Below are positions 44,702 through 54,610 of a stretch of 61,136 nt of DNA, piece by piece (positions within the stretch are counted from its first letter, which is position 1; each line of letters begins with the position of its first letter). This DNA comes from an uncultured virus (IMG/VR IMGVR_UViG_3300050132_000502). Taxonomy: Duplodnaviria > Heunggongvirae > Uroviricota > Caudoviricetes. Where the stretch lies: the IMG/VR virus record IMGVR_UViG_3300050132_000502. One strand, 5' to 3'. The translations under genes were made by a program, and so were the position numbers. Under the pieces are notes generated by a model. The model worked only from the letters and a program-made list of their open reading frames with translations, made no database searches and had not been told where the DNA came from.

Positions 44702-47158
44702 TTGAGACTCGCGTTCGCAGCAAAGACAGCAGCATCGACGCAGGTTTTCACTCTCGCTCGTTCATCATCGGCGACACCAGAACGTGATGAAGCCATTCAG
44801 CGAAGCGGCGCATTCGGTCGGGCGGTGAACGATGCGACCGGCAAGGGCGGGACGGTGACGTTGCTCACGGTGCGCGATCTTCACAACATCACGTCGTACG
44901 TTTTGACTCCGGGCCAAGGCATCGAGTCGCACATCGTGACCACGCTCTGCTCGGCGATTGGGGCGAAGGCGTTGGTCCCGGCGGAGAAGATTCCCGAACT
45001 CGGCGACGTCAATTATCTCGGATGGCTGAACGCGAGACCGAGCGAGAGCGCGAGCGTGGCGACGCAGTCTGGCGGCGATCAGTCCGAGGTGGCGATCCTT
45101 CTTTCACGGATCATGCAGCCCGGTTCGTGGGTGGCGATGACCTTGCGAGCGCCGACCAAGGGCGAGATCAAGAACACCCGTGAGTGGTTCGACTACCGAC
45201 GAGATGGCGCGGTCACCCACTACTCCAAGAGTCCCAACACGGTCGTCGCGTCACTCATCGCCGGGGGCGCGAGCCAGTCTGAAGTGGACACTCTGCTCAA
45301 CCAGATCGTCTCGGTCATCCCCGGTTTTGACGTGGACGTCGAGGCGGGCAAGAACCATCGCGGCCTCCCTCTGGTGCCGTCGATCATCGCGACCTTGGTG
45401 GTCGGAGCCGGAGCCGGAGTCGCGACTCATCACTGGATCGAAGGGCTCGGAGCGGGGGTGGTTATCCTCGTCGGCAGTTGGTTCAGCCGCCACGCGCCGA
45501 CCGCCAACCGGACCTGGGAGCGCGAGATCGACGAGGCCCTCAAGACCAACGAACTTCCTCGGCCCCGGACCCGGAACATCCCTCCGAGGTCGCCGGTCAA
45601 CCGCAAGGTCAAGCAGGACGACGGCACCGAGCGCGAGGTCAAGCACGGCGGGACCTATCCCCTCGCGGCTTCGTCACTTCTCCTGGCCCCGGCGATGACC
45701 ATCGGCCTAGTGAGCCCGCACGCGAGCGCGGCGGCAGCGGTCTCCGAGACTCGGATGCCCTCGGTGGCGTTGCTCGACGACATCGGTCCCTTGGTCGGTG
45801 ACGCGAGACCGGACGACTCGGGAACCATCAACGCTCCCGCCCATCTCGACGCCGCCGAGTCGTATCAGGGGGTCTTCATCTACGGGACGCCGGGGTCCGG
45901 CAAGACGGTGGCCGTCCAAAATCTGTGGGCCTGGAACACCCTCGAACGCACCCGGCCCTCGGGCAAGTTCGGTCGACCGGGAGCCAAGAACACCATCATC
46001 GCCTTCGAGTCCAAGGGTGAGGGAGCGGCGGTCTACGCCGAGTGGTCTGAGGCGTTCGGCGACCACTGCGTCATGATCGAGGTGGGGGACAAGAACTCCC
46101 CGGCCATCGACCTGACCGACCCCAAGTTGCCACCCAAAGAGCGAGCCCAGTTCTTCGTCTCGGCCATGAAGTACGCCTTTGGAGACGACGCCATCGGGGA
46201 CCGCAGTTCCGAGACCCTCCAGAATGTACTGACCGCCGCGATGTCCTTCCCGCCCGAAGCGTTCGCCACGACCGGGATGGCGAACCCCAGTTTCCTCGAC
46301 ATCACCCACGCCCTGCTCGGTGGGGTCGGTGACTACGAAGACGCCAAGGCGGTCGCCGCCGCGATGACCACTTACTACAGCAGGGTCGACGACTCGGACC
46401 CCAAGAAGTCTGTGCTCGGTGAGGCGATCAAGGGTCTTGGGTTCCTCTACGGATCGAGCGTGACGGTCTCGGCGTGGCGACAGAACACCGAGGCCCCGCG
46501 CAACAAGATCAACCTCCTCCAGCAGGTCGCCCACTGGTGGTCACCCTCGCGGCCACGCGGCACCTGGTCGGACATTCTGGTCAACCACCGAGCGGTGGTC
46601 ATCAACACCGGGATCACGACGTCGGGGGTTTTGGTCGACGAGAGCGTGTCCGAGAAGGTGGCCGCGATGATCGCCTACGCCCTCAAGGGGTCGATCCAGC
46701 GTCACTGCTCGAATTGGCAGAAGGAAGGCAGATCGGTGTCGATCTTCGCCGACGAGTTGGCGTTGCTCGCGCCCTCCAGCGCAGAAGTGATCGAGTGGCT
46801 CCGCGAGTACGGACGCTCCTACGGAGTTCGTCTCGTTCTGGCGACGCAACGTCCCGGCCAACTCCAAGACCAACTTCGCGCCACCTTGCGCGGGTACGGC
46901 ACCACCATGATCTTCCAGCAGAACGACCCCAAGATCATTGCCGAAGCGATCTCGGACCTCACGCTCGGTGGCGAAGTCTGGAACTCGGCGGACATCTCCA
47001 ACATGCCGCGCTTCCACGCGATCTTGAGCGCGACGTCGGGTGGACAGCGCCAGCCGCCGGTCTCCATTCAAGCCCTCTACTGGGCCAACGAGTATCGCCA
47101 GTTCGCCGTCGATCAGGGGTACGTCGCACCAGGTTTTAAGCACAAGGTGGTGGGATGA
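44702..47158 (+). CDS. VirD4/TraD-like (type IV coupling protein/HerA-FtsK superfamily) ATPase
   Basis: Two internal TM helices. GVFIYGTPGSGKT, AFESKGE, SIFADEL, GRSYGVRLVLATQRPGQL. Confidence 0.8.
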   Translation: MRLAFAAKTAASTQVFTLARSSSATPERDEAIQRSGAFGRAVNDATGKGGTVTLLTVRDLHNITSYVLTPGQGIESHIVTTLCSAIGAKALVPAEKIPELGDVNYLGWLNARPSESASVATQSGGDQSEVAILLSRIMQPGSWVAMTLRAPTKGEIKNTREWFDYRRDGAVTHYSKSPNTVVASLIAGGASQSEVDTLLNQIVSVIPGFDVDVEAGKNHRGLPLVPSIIATLVVGAGAGVATHHWIEGLGAGVVILVGSWFSRHAPTANRTWEREIDEALKTNELPRPRTRNIPPRSPVNRKVKQDDGTEREVKHGGTYPLAASSLLLAPAMTIGLVSPHASAAAAVSETRMPSVALLDDIGPLVGDARPDDSGTINAPAHLDAAESYQGVFIYGTPGSGKTVAVQNLWAWNTLERTRPSGKFGRPGAKNTIIAFESKGEGAAVYAEWSEAFGDHCVMIEVGDKNSPAIDLTDPKLPPKERAQFFVSAMKYAFGDDAIGDRSSETLQNVLTAAMSFPPEAFATTGMANPSFLDITHALLGGVGDYEDAKAVAAAMTTYYSRVDDSDPKKSVLGEAIKGLGFLYGSSVTVSAWRQNTEAPRNKINLLQQVAHWWSPSRPRGTWSDILVNHRAVVINTGITTSGVLVDESVSEKVAAMIAYALKGSIQRHCSNWQKEGRSVSIFADELALLAPSSAEVIEWLREYGRSYGVRLVLATQRPGQLQDQLRATLRGYGTTMIFQQNDPKIIAEAISDLTLGGEVWNSADISNMPRFHAILSATSGGQRQPPVSIQALYWANEYRQFAVDQGYVAPGFKHKVVG

Positions 47159-47616
47159 CCAAAATCGAAGATCGCTGCCACGAGGTCATCACCATTTTGA
47201 ACTCGTCCCTGTACGAGCCGACCGGCAACTCCGCTCGGGTGGACGCCGAGCGCATCATCGCGTGCCACGAAGAACTCGCGCAACTTCATAACCTCGCCAT
47301 GCTGGGGGTTACGCATCGTTCTGCAAAACGTCATCATCAACGAACGGAGGGATACCACCTGCACGTGGCGAAGTTGTGGACCGACGATCTGACCAGCGGC
47401 GGGCTGATCCAGACCTTCGGGGAATCAAAGTCCTTGCGATGGGTGTTTGACAACTTCGTCAAGCACGACAATCACGGCAGTGCTCGATTTCATGCTCTGA
47501 AGTCGAGACGAGCCATGTTGCGGACACTACGCAGTAAGCAATGGAGCGATAAAGAGTACGCGTGGCGGATACCTGATCTGTCACCTGAACCGGGAGAAGG
47601 AATGACATGTCGATGA
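47155..47616 (+). CDS. His-rich hypothetical protein
   Basis: 153-aa coupled ORF. Confidence 0.55.
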   Translation: MTKIEDRCHEVITILNSSLYEPTGNSARVDAERIIACHEELAQLHNLAMLGVTHRSAKRHHQRTEGYHLHVAKLWTDDLTSGGLIQTFGESKSLRWVFDNFVKHDNHGSARFHALKSRRAMLRTLRSKQWSDKEYAWRIPDLSPEPGEGMTCR

Positions 47617-47972
47617 AGAAGAAGGGGAAAACAGTTGAGGGTTTTCCAACGGAGTACGTCTTGCTGTCCAAGCACATCGCGTCGTACGCGCAGGGCGTCG
47701 GGGCAACAGCGACGGCTGAGGACATCCAAGTGATGAGCACCGCTCACGACAATCTCGCCTCCGCGCACTTACGGCGCACCTACTCGGGTCGACACATCTG
47801 GAAGCACCAGACCGCGACCGACGCTCATCGCAAGGCGCACAAGTTGTGGGGCGCGTTGGATCACGCCAAGCCGGACTCGATGCACAACCTTCTCTTCGAA
47901 GCGAAGGAGAGCACCGCCGCCGCGTGCAACAAGACCGCCGAACTCTCCGACTCCTTTGCGCAGGGCGGCTAG
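47607..47972 (+). CDS. His/Ala-rich helical hypothetical protein
   Basis: 121-aa ORF with an RBS. Confidence 0.55.
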   Translation: MSMKKKGKTVEGFPTEYVLLSKHIASYAQGVGATATAEDIQVMSTAHDNLASAHLRRTYSGRHIWKHQTATDAHRKAHKLWGALDHAKPDSMHNLLFEAKESTAAACNKTAELSDSFAQGG

Positions 47973-47981
47973 GGAGACACC

Positions 47982-48404
47982 TTGATGAGTCCAGAGTCAC
48001 GTGACAACCCAGTGGAAATAATCCGCCGTCTTGAAGCACTGCTTCGTGGGCGCAATTTCCCCTTGGCCGAGGTCATGGGCATCATGAATCATCACGGCTT
48101 GTTGGAGATCGCTCTCCAGGTCAACGACGGCTCACGTGCTCGCAGAGCGTTGGAACTCAATCAACGGGCAGTCGATGGATGGTATCAATTCGCCCTCAAC
48201 GCACGAGTGCACGGGGCTCCCTCTCTTCGTGAAGATTTCGTGCGGAGAGATGACGCTCTCCGAGCATCAAGAAAAGCACTCACAGCCGTCAAGAAGGTGC
48301 TGTGGAGAGATCAGATCAACAAGAAGGTGCTGTGGAGAGATCGCATCGGCGCATGGCTGTCGTCATTCCGGGTGTCGAAGCAGATGACGAAGTGGAGTGG
48401 CTGA
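47982..48404 (+). CDS. Hypothetical protein with an internal 30-bp-period duplication
   Basis: caagaaggtgctgtggagagatc at 48290-48312 and 48320-48342 (KKVLWRD twice). Confidence 0.55.
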   Translation: MMSPESRDNPVEIIRRLEALLRGRNFPLAEVMGIMNHHGLLEIALQVNDGSRARRALELNQRAVDGWYQFALNARVHGAPSLREDFVRRDDALRASRKALTAVKKVLWRDQINKKVLWRDRIGAWLSSFRVSKQMTKWSG

Positions 48405-49663
48405 TGCAGATCAACTCACCCACTCATCGTGACGCCGATACGTCCGAAGCGATTCCCTTCAAGGACGCCGCTCCTCGCTCGGGTGACTACATGGGACCGG
48501 CTGATCGCATGGACCCGTTCTGGAGTGGACTGTGGGCGACCGCCGACGGTGGCGTCTCTATCTCGTGGCGCTCGCGTCGCTCGGTGGCGAACTTGAACAA
48601 ACTCGGCTTCACCTCCTCGCGAGCCAACGAACAGCGATACACCCAAGAAGAGGCCATTCAGATTCTCACGGATCGACGACCGCGAGTCGAGATGCTCGGA
48701 GCCATCAACCTTTGGCGCACCGCCACGACCGAGCAGTTGGCGGCGATCACCGGACGACTTCAGGCGGTCAGTCAGATCGGCACCGATCTCTCGGTTCTGT
48801 GGGACGCGGGTCTCGTGCAACGCGGTCGCTACCACGACGGATTCCAACGCCTGCGCGACGTGCCCGACCTCTTTCGTCCCGACAACCGCATCCGTGATCG
48901 CCACCTCGAAAATCTCAACTACCGAGACTGGATCGGCGTGACCGGGGGCAGTGACTCGGTCTACTCTCACCAGTTCGACCGACACAACGTGCTCACCACC
49001 GAACTCGCTCTCCGCGCCGCCGAACTTTGTGCCTTGCGCGGGGTCGCCGGAGAGAGCATCGCCGGTTGGTCCAAACTCTTCCCCCCCGAACTCGAACCGA
49101 ATCCTCACCGTGCCGCCGATGCGGTCTTGGTGCGTCACGACGGCAGTCGCATCTTGTTGGAGATGACGGTGACGGTGTCGTCGGCCACGGTGACGAAGGT
49201 GAAGCAACTCGCCGACCTGCTCGCTCGCGATCCGACCGGAAAGACGTCGGCCATCTTCGTCGTGGCGGCTCACCCCTCTTCTTCGGAGTCCGCCAACGTT
49301 GCTCTGCTCGCCAGAAAAGCCGTTGCCAAGGCCACGTCGCAGTCGATGAACAACGTGCTGGCGAAAGTCGCCAATCGCATCGGTGTGGTTCGTTGGAAGG
49401 ACTGGTTCCCCTCCGAAGGATTCGTGTCACCCAACTTCTTTCACCTCTCCGCATTGACCGCGACTGGTCAGCCGGACGATCTGTGGCAGTCCACCGAATT
49501 CCTTAACCCGCTCGACGGAGCGTTTGCACCAGAGCCGACCGATGGTCTCAATGATCTCTACGGCGTGCCTCATTGGATGCGCTTTAAGCCCACCGATTTT
49601 TCACAACACCTACTCGCCAGCGCAGGATTGCCGACGGAGTATCTCAACAAAGGAGCAGCATGA
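48404..49663 (+). CDS. Replication-relaxation (Replic_Relax)-like wHTH + PD-(D/E)xK-fold protein
   Basis: WRTATTEQLA...LWDAGLV (wHTH), HNVLTTELALR, RAADAVLV...ILLEM. In the same operon as the VirD4-like ATPase. Confidence 0.6.
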   Translation: MQINSPTHRDADTSEAIPFKDAAPRSGDYMGPADRMDPFWSGLWATADGGVSISWRSRRSVANLNKLGFTSSRANEQRYTQEEAIQILTDRRPRVEMLGAINLWRTATTEQLAAITGRLQAVSQIGTDLSVLWDAGLVQRGRYHDGFQRLRDVPDLFRPDNRIRDRHLENLNYRDWIGVTGGSDSVYSHQFDRHNVLTTELALRAAELCALRGVAGESIAGWSKLFPPELEPNPHRAADAVLVRHDGSRILLEMTVTVSSATVTKVKQLADLLARDPTGKTSAIFVVAAHPSSSESANVALLARKAVAKATSQSMNNVLAKVANRIGVVRWKDWFPSEGFVSPNFFHLSALTATGQPDDLWQSTEFLNPLDGAFAPEPTDGLNDLYGVPHWMRFKPTDFSQHLLASAGLPTEYLNKGAA

Positions 49664-51288
49664 GCACAGTGACCGTCATCGTGCTTGACGTACCAGGACT
49701 CGCGAATCAATTAGAGATCAATGGCTACAAAGCCATTGATGGAGAGAACGCCATTGCCACCGCGAACGAACTGCGCGAGTCGGGAGCCAAGTACGTCGTC
49801 ATTGCCGATGCTGTCTCTCCGGTTAGTCGTGCGTGGCTCTCACGTCAAGCAAGCCAACGAACCCCGGTGCTCATCACCGGAGGCGACGAGATCGAAGGAA
49901 CTCGTGTCGTCACTTTGCCCGCGACCTTCAACGAGATCATGGCGAACTTCGGCGCACCCGCGTCACCGAAAGGTGATGTAGTCATCGGTCTAGTCGAAGA
50001 AGAGGTTCAGAGCGAAGAGGACATGTTCAGCGTCTTCGGTGGATTTGAGAGCGCCGACGAAGCGCCCGTAGTTGTACCAGAGCCGTCGATGGCGAAAGAG
50101 CCCGAGCGTGCAGCGTCGAGCGTGTTTGACATTGAGACCCCGGCAACCAGCGTGCTCGACGAACAGGTCTTCGAAGCCCCGACCGCCGAACAAGCGAACG
50201 GAGCACGGCCACATCGCGACGAGGAGCCACAGAGCGTCAGCGTCTTCGGGCCAGCGACCGAGGCTCCCTCGCGGAGTGTGCTCGATGAAGTGGACGTGCT
50301 TCCCACTCGCATCCAGCCCACTGACTCACGTCGTCTCTCGCCACCCGAACCGCGTCCCGCTCCTGAGGAAGCGCCGATTCGCGTCCGCACTCCACCGGCC
50401 CGCGCCCTCGCTCGCAAGTCGAACGTCATCGTGGTCTTCGGAGCCAAGGGAGGTATCGGAAAGTCGAGCACCGTTATCGCACTCGCCGAACGTGCCGCGA
50501 CCTCAGTCGTGCGACCGAGCGACAAGCCGTTCAAGGTCATTGCCATTGACGCCAACCGTGGTCAGGGCGATATGCGCACCTACTTGCACTTGCGCAACGT
50601 GCCGAGCATCTACGACGCGGCCAAATCGGGACGCGCTACCGCGTCGATCTTGACGCCGACGAAGTTGACGAGCGTTCGCGTGGGCAAGCCCGAACTGCAC
50701 TTCGGTGTGGTGCTCGCACCGACGCAAGATCAGGCGGACCCGTCGGTGGTGACGTCATCGGTCTATGCCGAAGTGATCGACGAAGCGAGATCGCTCGCCG
50801 ACTTGGTCATCATCGACACGCAGATCAAAGAGCACTTCGACACCACCGGCATCTTCGATGACGTCATCGTTCCGTTGCTGCGAAGTGGAGCGTGGGGCCT
50901 TGGTATCACGAACTCCACGACCGCGTCCTACGACAATCTGAAGCGGGCGTTGAAGAAACTTCAGACGGACCAAGTGCCGCGAGATCGCATCATGTTCTCC
51001 ATCAATAACGCAGACCCGGAGGGTGGTATCGACCCTGTTCAGGTCGAGAATAACCTCTCCCATCTGGCGAACTGGGTAGGCATGGCTGTCGCGGAACCGG
51101 CGGTTGCCGCCGCCTCGAACGTGGGAGAAGTGCCGGGAGTCGACGGAGACGCACCAGAGTTCACCACCTTGCTCGACGCGGTGATTGGTCGAGTGCTCGG
51201 CGGGGCCGAAGTGTTGAAGCCCACCGTAAGTCGCAGTGCCCAAGAAGTCGGGGCAAAAGAGAAACGACGACGTTGGGGACGTCGGTGA
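49660..51288 (+). CDS. MinD/ParA (CpaE-like) ATPase with a long acidic/Pro-rich linker
   Basis: Deviant Walker A KGGIGKS, IAIDAN..QGD, LVIIDT. Confidence 0.8.
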   Translation: MSTVTVIVLDVPGLANQLEINGYKAIDGENAIATANELRESGAKYVVIADAVSPVSRAWLSRQASQRTPVLITGGDEIEGTRVVTLPATFNEIMANFGAPASPKGDVVIGLVEEEVQSEEDMFSVFGGFESADEAPVVVPEPSMAKEPERAASSVFDIETPATSVLDEQVFEAPTAEQANGARPHRDEEPQSVSVFGPATEAPSRSVLDEVDVLPTRIQPTDSRRLSPPEPRPAPEEAPIRVRTPPARALARKSNVIVVFGAKGGIGKSSTVIALAERAATSVVRPSDKPFKVIAIDANRGQGDMRTYLHLRNVPSIYDAAKSGRATASILTPTKLTSVRVGKPELHFGVVLAPTQDQADPSVVTSSVYAEVIDEARSLADLVIIDTQIKEHFDTTGIFDDVIVPLLRSGAWGLGITNSTTASYDNLKRALKKLQTDQVPRDRIMFSINNADPEGGIDPVQVENNLSHLANWVGMAVAEPAVAAASNVGEVPGVDGDAPEFTTLLDAVIGRVLGGAEVLKPTVSRSAQEVGAKEKRRRWGRR

Positions 51289-51686
51289 GTGACCACATTA
51301 CCTCACCTCACAATCGTCTCTCCGTTGAAGAACTCAATGAGCGACGTCGAGCGGCGAGGCGATACCGTGCGGAGTGGTTGCTCGCGCTTCGCGCTGGCGC
51401 AGTCGATCTGTCTGACGTCTTGCGACAGTCCAAGACGGACGAGGGCTCTCCGCTCGCCGCGCTCGGGTTGCGCGACATTCTCAATACCGCCCCCGGTGGA
51501 ACACCGGCCAAGGCGAACAAGACGATCCAACGAACTCTCGATGGTGTGGGCGTCGAGATGAGACCGAGTGCAGTAAAGGTCCGATGGCTGACCGACCGCA
51601 GGGCGAGTGTTCGCCGTCTCACGTCACTGGCTGATGCTATGACGCGAGACAGCCGTAAGGCTCCGAGCGCGACGTGGCCGTGGTGA
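51285..51686 (+). CDS. Actinobacterial integration host factor (mIHF/sIHF)-like protein
   Basis: ARRYRAE...LRAGAVDLSDVL...L.LRDIL...PG..PAKA (H2TH-like). Confidence 0.55.
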   Translation: MSDHITSPHNRLSVEELNERRRAARRYRAEWLLALRAGAVDLSDVLRQSKTDEGSPLAALGLRDILNTAPGGTPAKANKTIQRTLDGVGVEMRPSAVKVRWLTDRRASVRRLTSLADAMTRDSRKAPSATWPW

Positions 51687-51699
51687 CAAGGGGTGGTCG

Positions 51700-52464
51700 G
51701 TGGATAAGTTAGAGCAACTCAGTGGCGGACGCCTGAATGAGCGCCAGACCAAACTCGTCATCGACGGTCTCTTAGGGGAGAACGACAAACTCTTTGGTCG
51801 CATCGCACATCGCTACTCGCAGTTCTACAGCGACGGACCTTTCCACGACAAGGAAGAGGCTCTCCAGATCGTTCGTCAAATTGCGTGGGAGGAACTCACC
51901 AAGATCGGCAAAGGCGAAGGCCGTGGTGATCTCGCGTGGGAGGCGGTGGTGAACGTCCGCTCACGTACCGCACTGCGCGACTACGTGACGTCGTCGGCTT
52001 CCACGGGCATCCCCGGATCGGGCTCCACCATCCGACGTCAGCAGGCTCTCGCCAAGCACTCGGACAGCGTGATGGAGACGACTGGTAAGTCGCTCGAAGG
52101 CACTGAACTGCTCGACGACTACAACGAGGCCAACGCGAACGTGCCGAACGCGGTCAAGCGTGGAGTGTTCGCCACCTACGCCGACCTCCAGCCGCCCGCG
52201 CTCGCGCTCACCGAACTATTCCCCGAGCGCACGCCCCTCGGCACCGAGAGCATTGAGATGCTCGACGTCATTCGTTCCGTGTTGGAGATTTGCAAAGAGG
52301 ACGAGGACACTGATCTGATTTTGGTGGCTGAGTTGTGGCTCGGCTGGTACCCCGATGGCGAGGCGATGACCTACGCCAACATCGCGCTGACGTGCAAATT
52401 GAGCCCGACCAAGGTGTCACGATTGGTCGAAACCACTCGTCAGATTTTCCAGTCTCAGTTCTAA
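51700..52464 (+). CDS. Divergent sigma-70-family factor (group 3-like)
   Basis: Region-2-like IAHRY...DKEEALQ...WEE...RTALRDYV and region-4 HTH MTYANIALTCKLSPTKVSRLV. Confidence 0.6.
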   Translation: MDKLEQLSGGRLNERQTKLVIDGLLGENDKLFGRIAHRYSQFYSDGPFHDKEEALQIVRQIAWEELTKIGKGEGRGDLAWEAVVNVRSRTALRDYVTSSASTGIPGSGSTIRRQQALAKHSDSVMETTGKSLEGTELLDDYNEANANVPNAVKRGVFATYADLQPPALALTELFPERTPLGTESIEMLDVIRSVLEICKEDEDTDLILVAELWLGWYPDGEAMTYANIALTCKLSPTKVSRLVETTRQIFQSQF

Positions 52465-52706
52465 GACTTACGGCTCGTCAACTCCGTGAGTTTCGATTCG
52501 AGTTTCTCGCGAGGCAATTTTCGTAGTTGCGCTTCCAACGTTGCGCGATTCGGCAACGACACCTTGAAGGGCTGAGGCTGGGCCAACTTCGCGACGAGTT
52601 GGCCTCGCGTGAGCGGACAGCCGCCTTTACGTTTCTGACCCTTCGACTGGTGGTTGCTCACCGTGGCTCCGCAGGTGGGGCACTTGCGATGGTCGACGTT
52701 AATCAC
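52461..52706 (-). CDS. Small Zn-binding hypothetical protein
   Basis: CPTCG...H...C. Convergent with the sigma gene. Confidence 0.45.
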   Translation of the reverse strand: MINVDHRKCPTCGATVSNHQSKGQKRKGGCPLTRGQLVAKLAQPQPFKVSLPNRATLEAQLRKLPREKLESKLTELTSRKS

Positions 52707-52709
52707 GGC

Positions 52710-53006
52710 CTAAGAATAGTCCGACGGGCGTTCTTGAAGGGCGATCCTGCGCGGCGCGAGGCAGATTCGAAACCCCGCCACCGTCGCGTGCAGTTGCGTG
52801 ACGTGTCGTCGAGCGTCGGCCAGTGTGAGTGCATCTTCCACGAGCGTGTTGACGCCGGGGTTTATAGGGAACACCCGAAGTCGCGGATTCTTGTTGTGCA
52901 CATCAGCGGCGACCACGAGTTCGCACTCGTCGCCTCGGTACACGTCCACGCCATCGTCGTGACGCCAGTAGACGGGATTGCAACACGAATAATCACGGAT
53001 AGTCAT
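52710..53006 (-). CDS. Hypothetical protein
   Basis: 98-aa ORF. Reading frame uncertain. Confidence 0.3.
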   Translation of the reverse strand: MTIRDYSCCNPVYWRHDDGVDVYRGDECELVVAADVHNKNPRLRVFPINPGVNTLVEDALTLADARRHVTQLHATVAGFRICLAPRRIALQERPSDYS

Positions 53007-53178
53007 TTCGGACTCAGTTTCTCGTAGAGACGTTGAAGCGATTTGTACTCTCGACGCATCCGCTGACCAACTTCATCTTCTCGGCCCGCTTGTTCGTTGT
53101 CGAGGTGATTGATAGCCGACCAGAGAGCATCGTGTTGCTCACTCGTGACCTCAATGGTCTTCTTCCAGCGGCGTGGCG

Positions 53179-53706
53179 TCATCGTCTTTTGACCTCAGTC
53201 ATCTCATCTTCTCCATTCAGGCGTGTCACATCGACGACGTACTCTTGCTCTCTCCGCTCGCTGAATCGACCTATGACGAACTCACGAGGAATGGTGATGG
53301 TGTAGACCTTGCCAACTAAGCCGCTCCGGTTGGGTTCGAGCCGATGGGCGAACCAGTCAGCCTGTGTGCGGTCAGTGGTCCACGACATGCCGAATGCGAA
53401 CTCGGGAATGGCTCCTCGATAGAGAGTGATCGACTCCGGCAACTCGTCGTACTTGAGAACCTTACCGTCGTCGGTGAGAAATTCATCGTGCTCGATCACC
53501 ATGCCGAAGATGATCGACCACGACTCGATCTCGATCTGTTGCGCGGGCCACTCAGCGGTCACCCACGTGGCGACGATTCCTTTAGCGAGTTCAGTGCCGC
53601 TGATCTGGTGTTCGAGAATGGCGTTGGCGAGCGCGGCGGGAAAGTCGTTGCGACCGAGGCCGTACGACAGGTCGCTCCACGTGTACTGGACGAGGGGCTT
53701 ACTCAC
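53179..53706 (-). CDS. Putative ADP-ribosyltransferase-fold protein (R-S-E type)
   Basis: ITLYRG...GMSWTTD...A.WFA...REQEYVV. Confidence 0.55.
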   Translation of the reverse strand: MSKPLVQYTWSDLSYGLGRNDFPAALANAILEHQISGTELAKGIVATWVTAEWPAQQIEIESWSIIFGMVIEHDEFLTDDGKVLKYDELPESITLYRGAIPEFAFGMSWTTDRTQADWFAHRLEPNRSGLVGKVYTITIPREFVIGRFSERREQEYVVDVTRLNGEDEMTEVKRR

Positions 53707-54020
53707 AGGCTCTCCCACATCTTTTCGATGCGCTTCACGGTAGCGCGGGCGCTCGTGCAAAGTCCGAAGTTGTCTTGAAAATCACTGCCCGTAAATGTGC
53801 CGTAGTGATCTGCGTCAGACCACAGTTCCTCGACGTCAAGTTCGTGCAGTCGCACGACGACACCGGTCCTCGTACGACGGACTTCGTAGCCGCCGACGTA
53901 GACCTGAGCGACACGATCCCACTCTCCGCGCTCACCACTGTTGGTGACCAGTTCGCGGTCCATGTGGTCGCGCCAGAACACCAGCGGGACCTCGAACTCG
54001 ACGAAGTCGTTGCTGATCAT
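53703..54020 (-). CDS. Hypothetical protein
   Basis: 105-aa coupled ORF. Confidence 0.55.
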   Translation of the reverse strand: MISNDFVEFEVPLVFWRDHMDRELVTNSGERGEWDRVAQVYVGGYEVRRTRTGVVVRLHELDVEELWSDADHYGTFTGSDFQDNFGLCTSARATVKRIEKMWESL

Positions 54021-54217
54021 ATTTGACTGAGTTTCGCTATGAGGCGGCGAGCGTCGGCGAGAATTCTGACATCTTCGATGTGCTGATTGCCGTGATCCTC
54101 AACGCGACCCACCGACCAGCCCCATCCGGGGTTCTTGAAGGTGTAGTGAAGACCATCGGTGCTTCGGTAGTAAAAGCGACCGTTCATCTTGGAGTTGCGG
54201 ACACGAATGAGTTTCAT
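54017..54217 (-). CDS. Hypothetical protein
   Basis: ATG at 54217 (MKLIRV). Confidence 0.5.
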   Translation of the reverse strand: MKLIRVRNSKMNGRFYYRSTDGLHYTFKNPGWGWSVGRVEDHGNQHIEDVRILADARRLIAKLSQI

Positions 54218-54424
54218 CGGGTGACCAAAATTACTCGACCAGTACCACGGAGGCACTCATGTCCATCGGCCTCTACTTGGGCGGCGTCGGCTGGCGCTCG
54301 CGTGTGTGGAGAAACCGTTCGATCTTCATGAAAGGTGCCGGACCATTCGCAACCCGCGTACTCGAAGAGGGAATCTCGACACTGGGCTTGGAAACCTTGC
54401 ACGGCACATCCTCTCGAACTCGAT

Positions 54425-54610
54425 CTACGGATTCTCTAGCCCCGTCCTGTACCTCTTGACCCAACCCCTCACCGGGCGCTCTAAGCCAATGGTGCACGAG
54501 GCACAGAGTTTCTTCGTGACTTTGAAAAGTCTCACTTTCATCAAGATGCCCGGTTCTTTGCAGTGGTAGCACTTCTTCAATTTCGATACGTGACGGCGAA
54601 GTCGTGCCAC
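54425..54610 (-). CDS. Small Cys-rich protein
   Basis: CYHC...CASC. Confidence 0.45.
   Translation of the reverse strand: MARLRRHVSKLKKCYHCKEPGILMKVRLFKVTKKLCASCTIGLERPVRGWVKRYRTGLENP
54434..54462 (-). promoter_or_regulatory. Bipartite promoter-like motif GGGTC-N14-GGGGCTAGAG
   Basis: Recurring motif, here within the 3' end of a small ORF. Confidence 0.55.

Noticed and set aside
48290..48342. 23-bp duplication with a 30-bp period
   Set aside because: It is an in-frame local duplication in one ORF, with no sign of wider significance.
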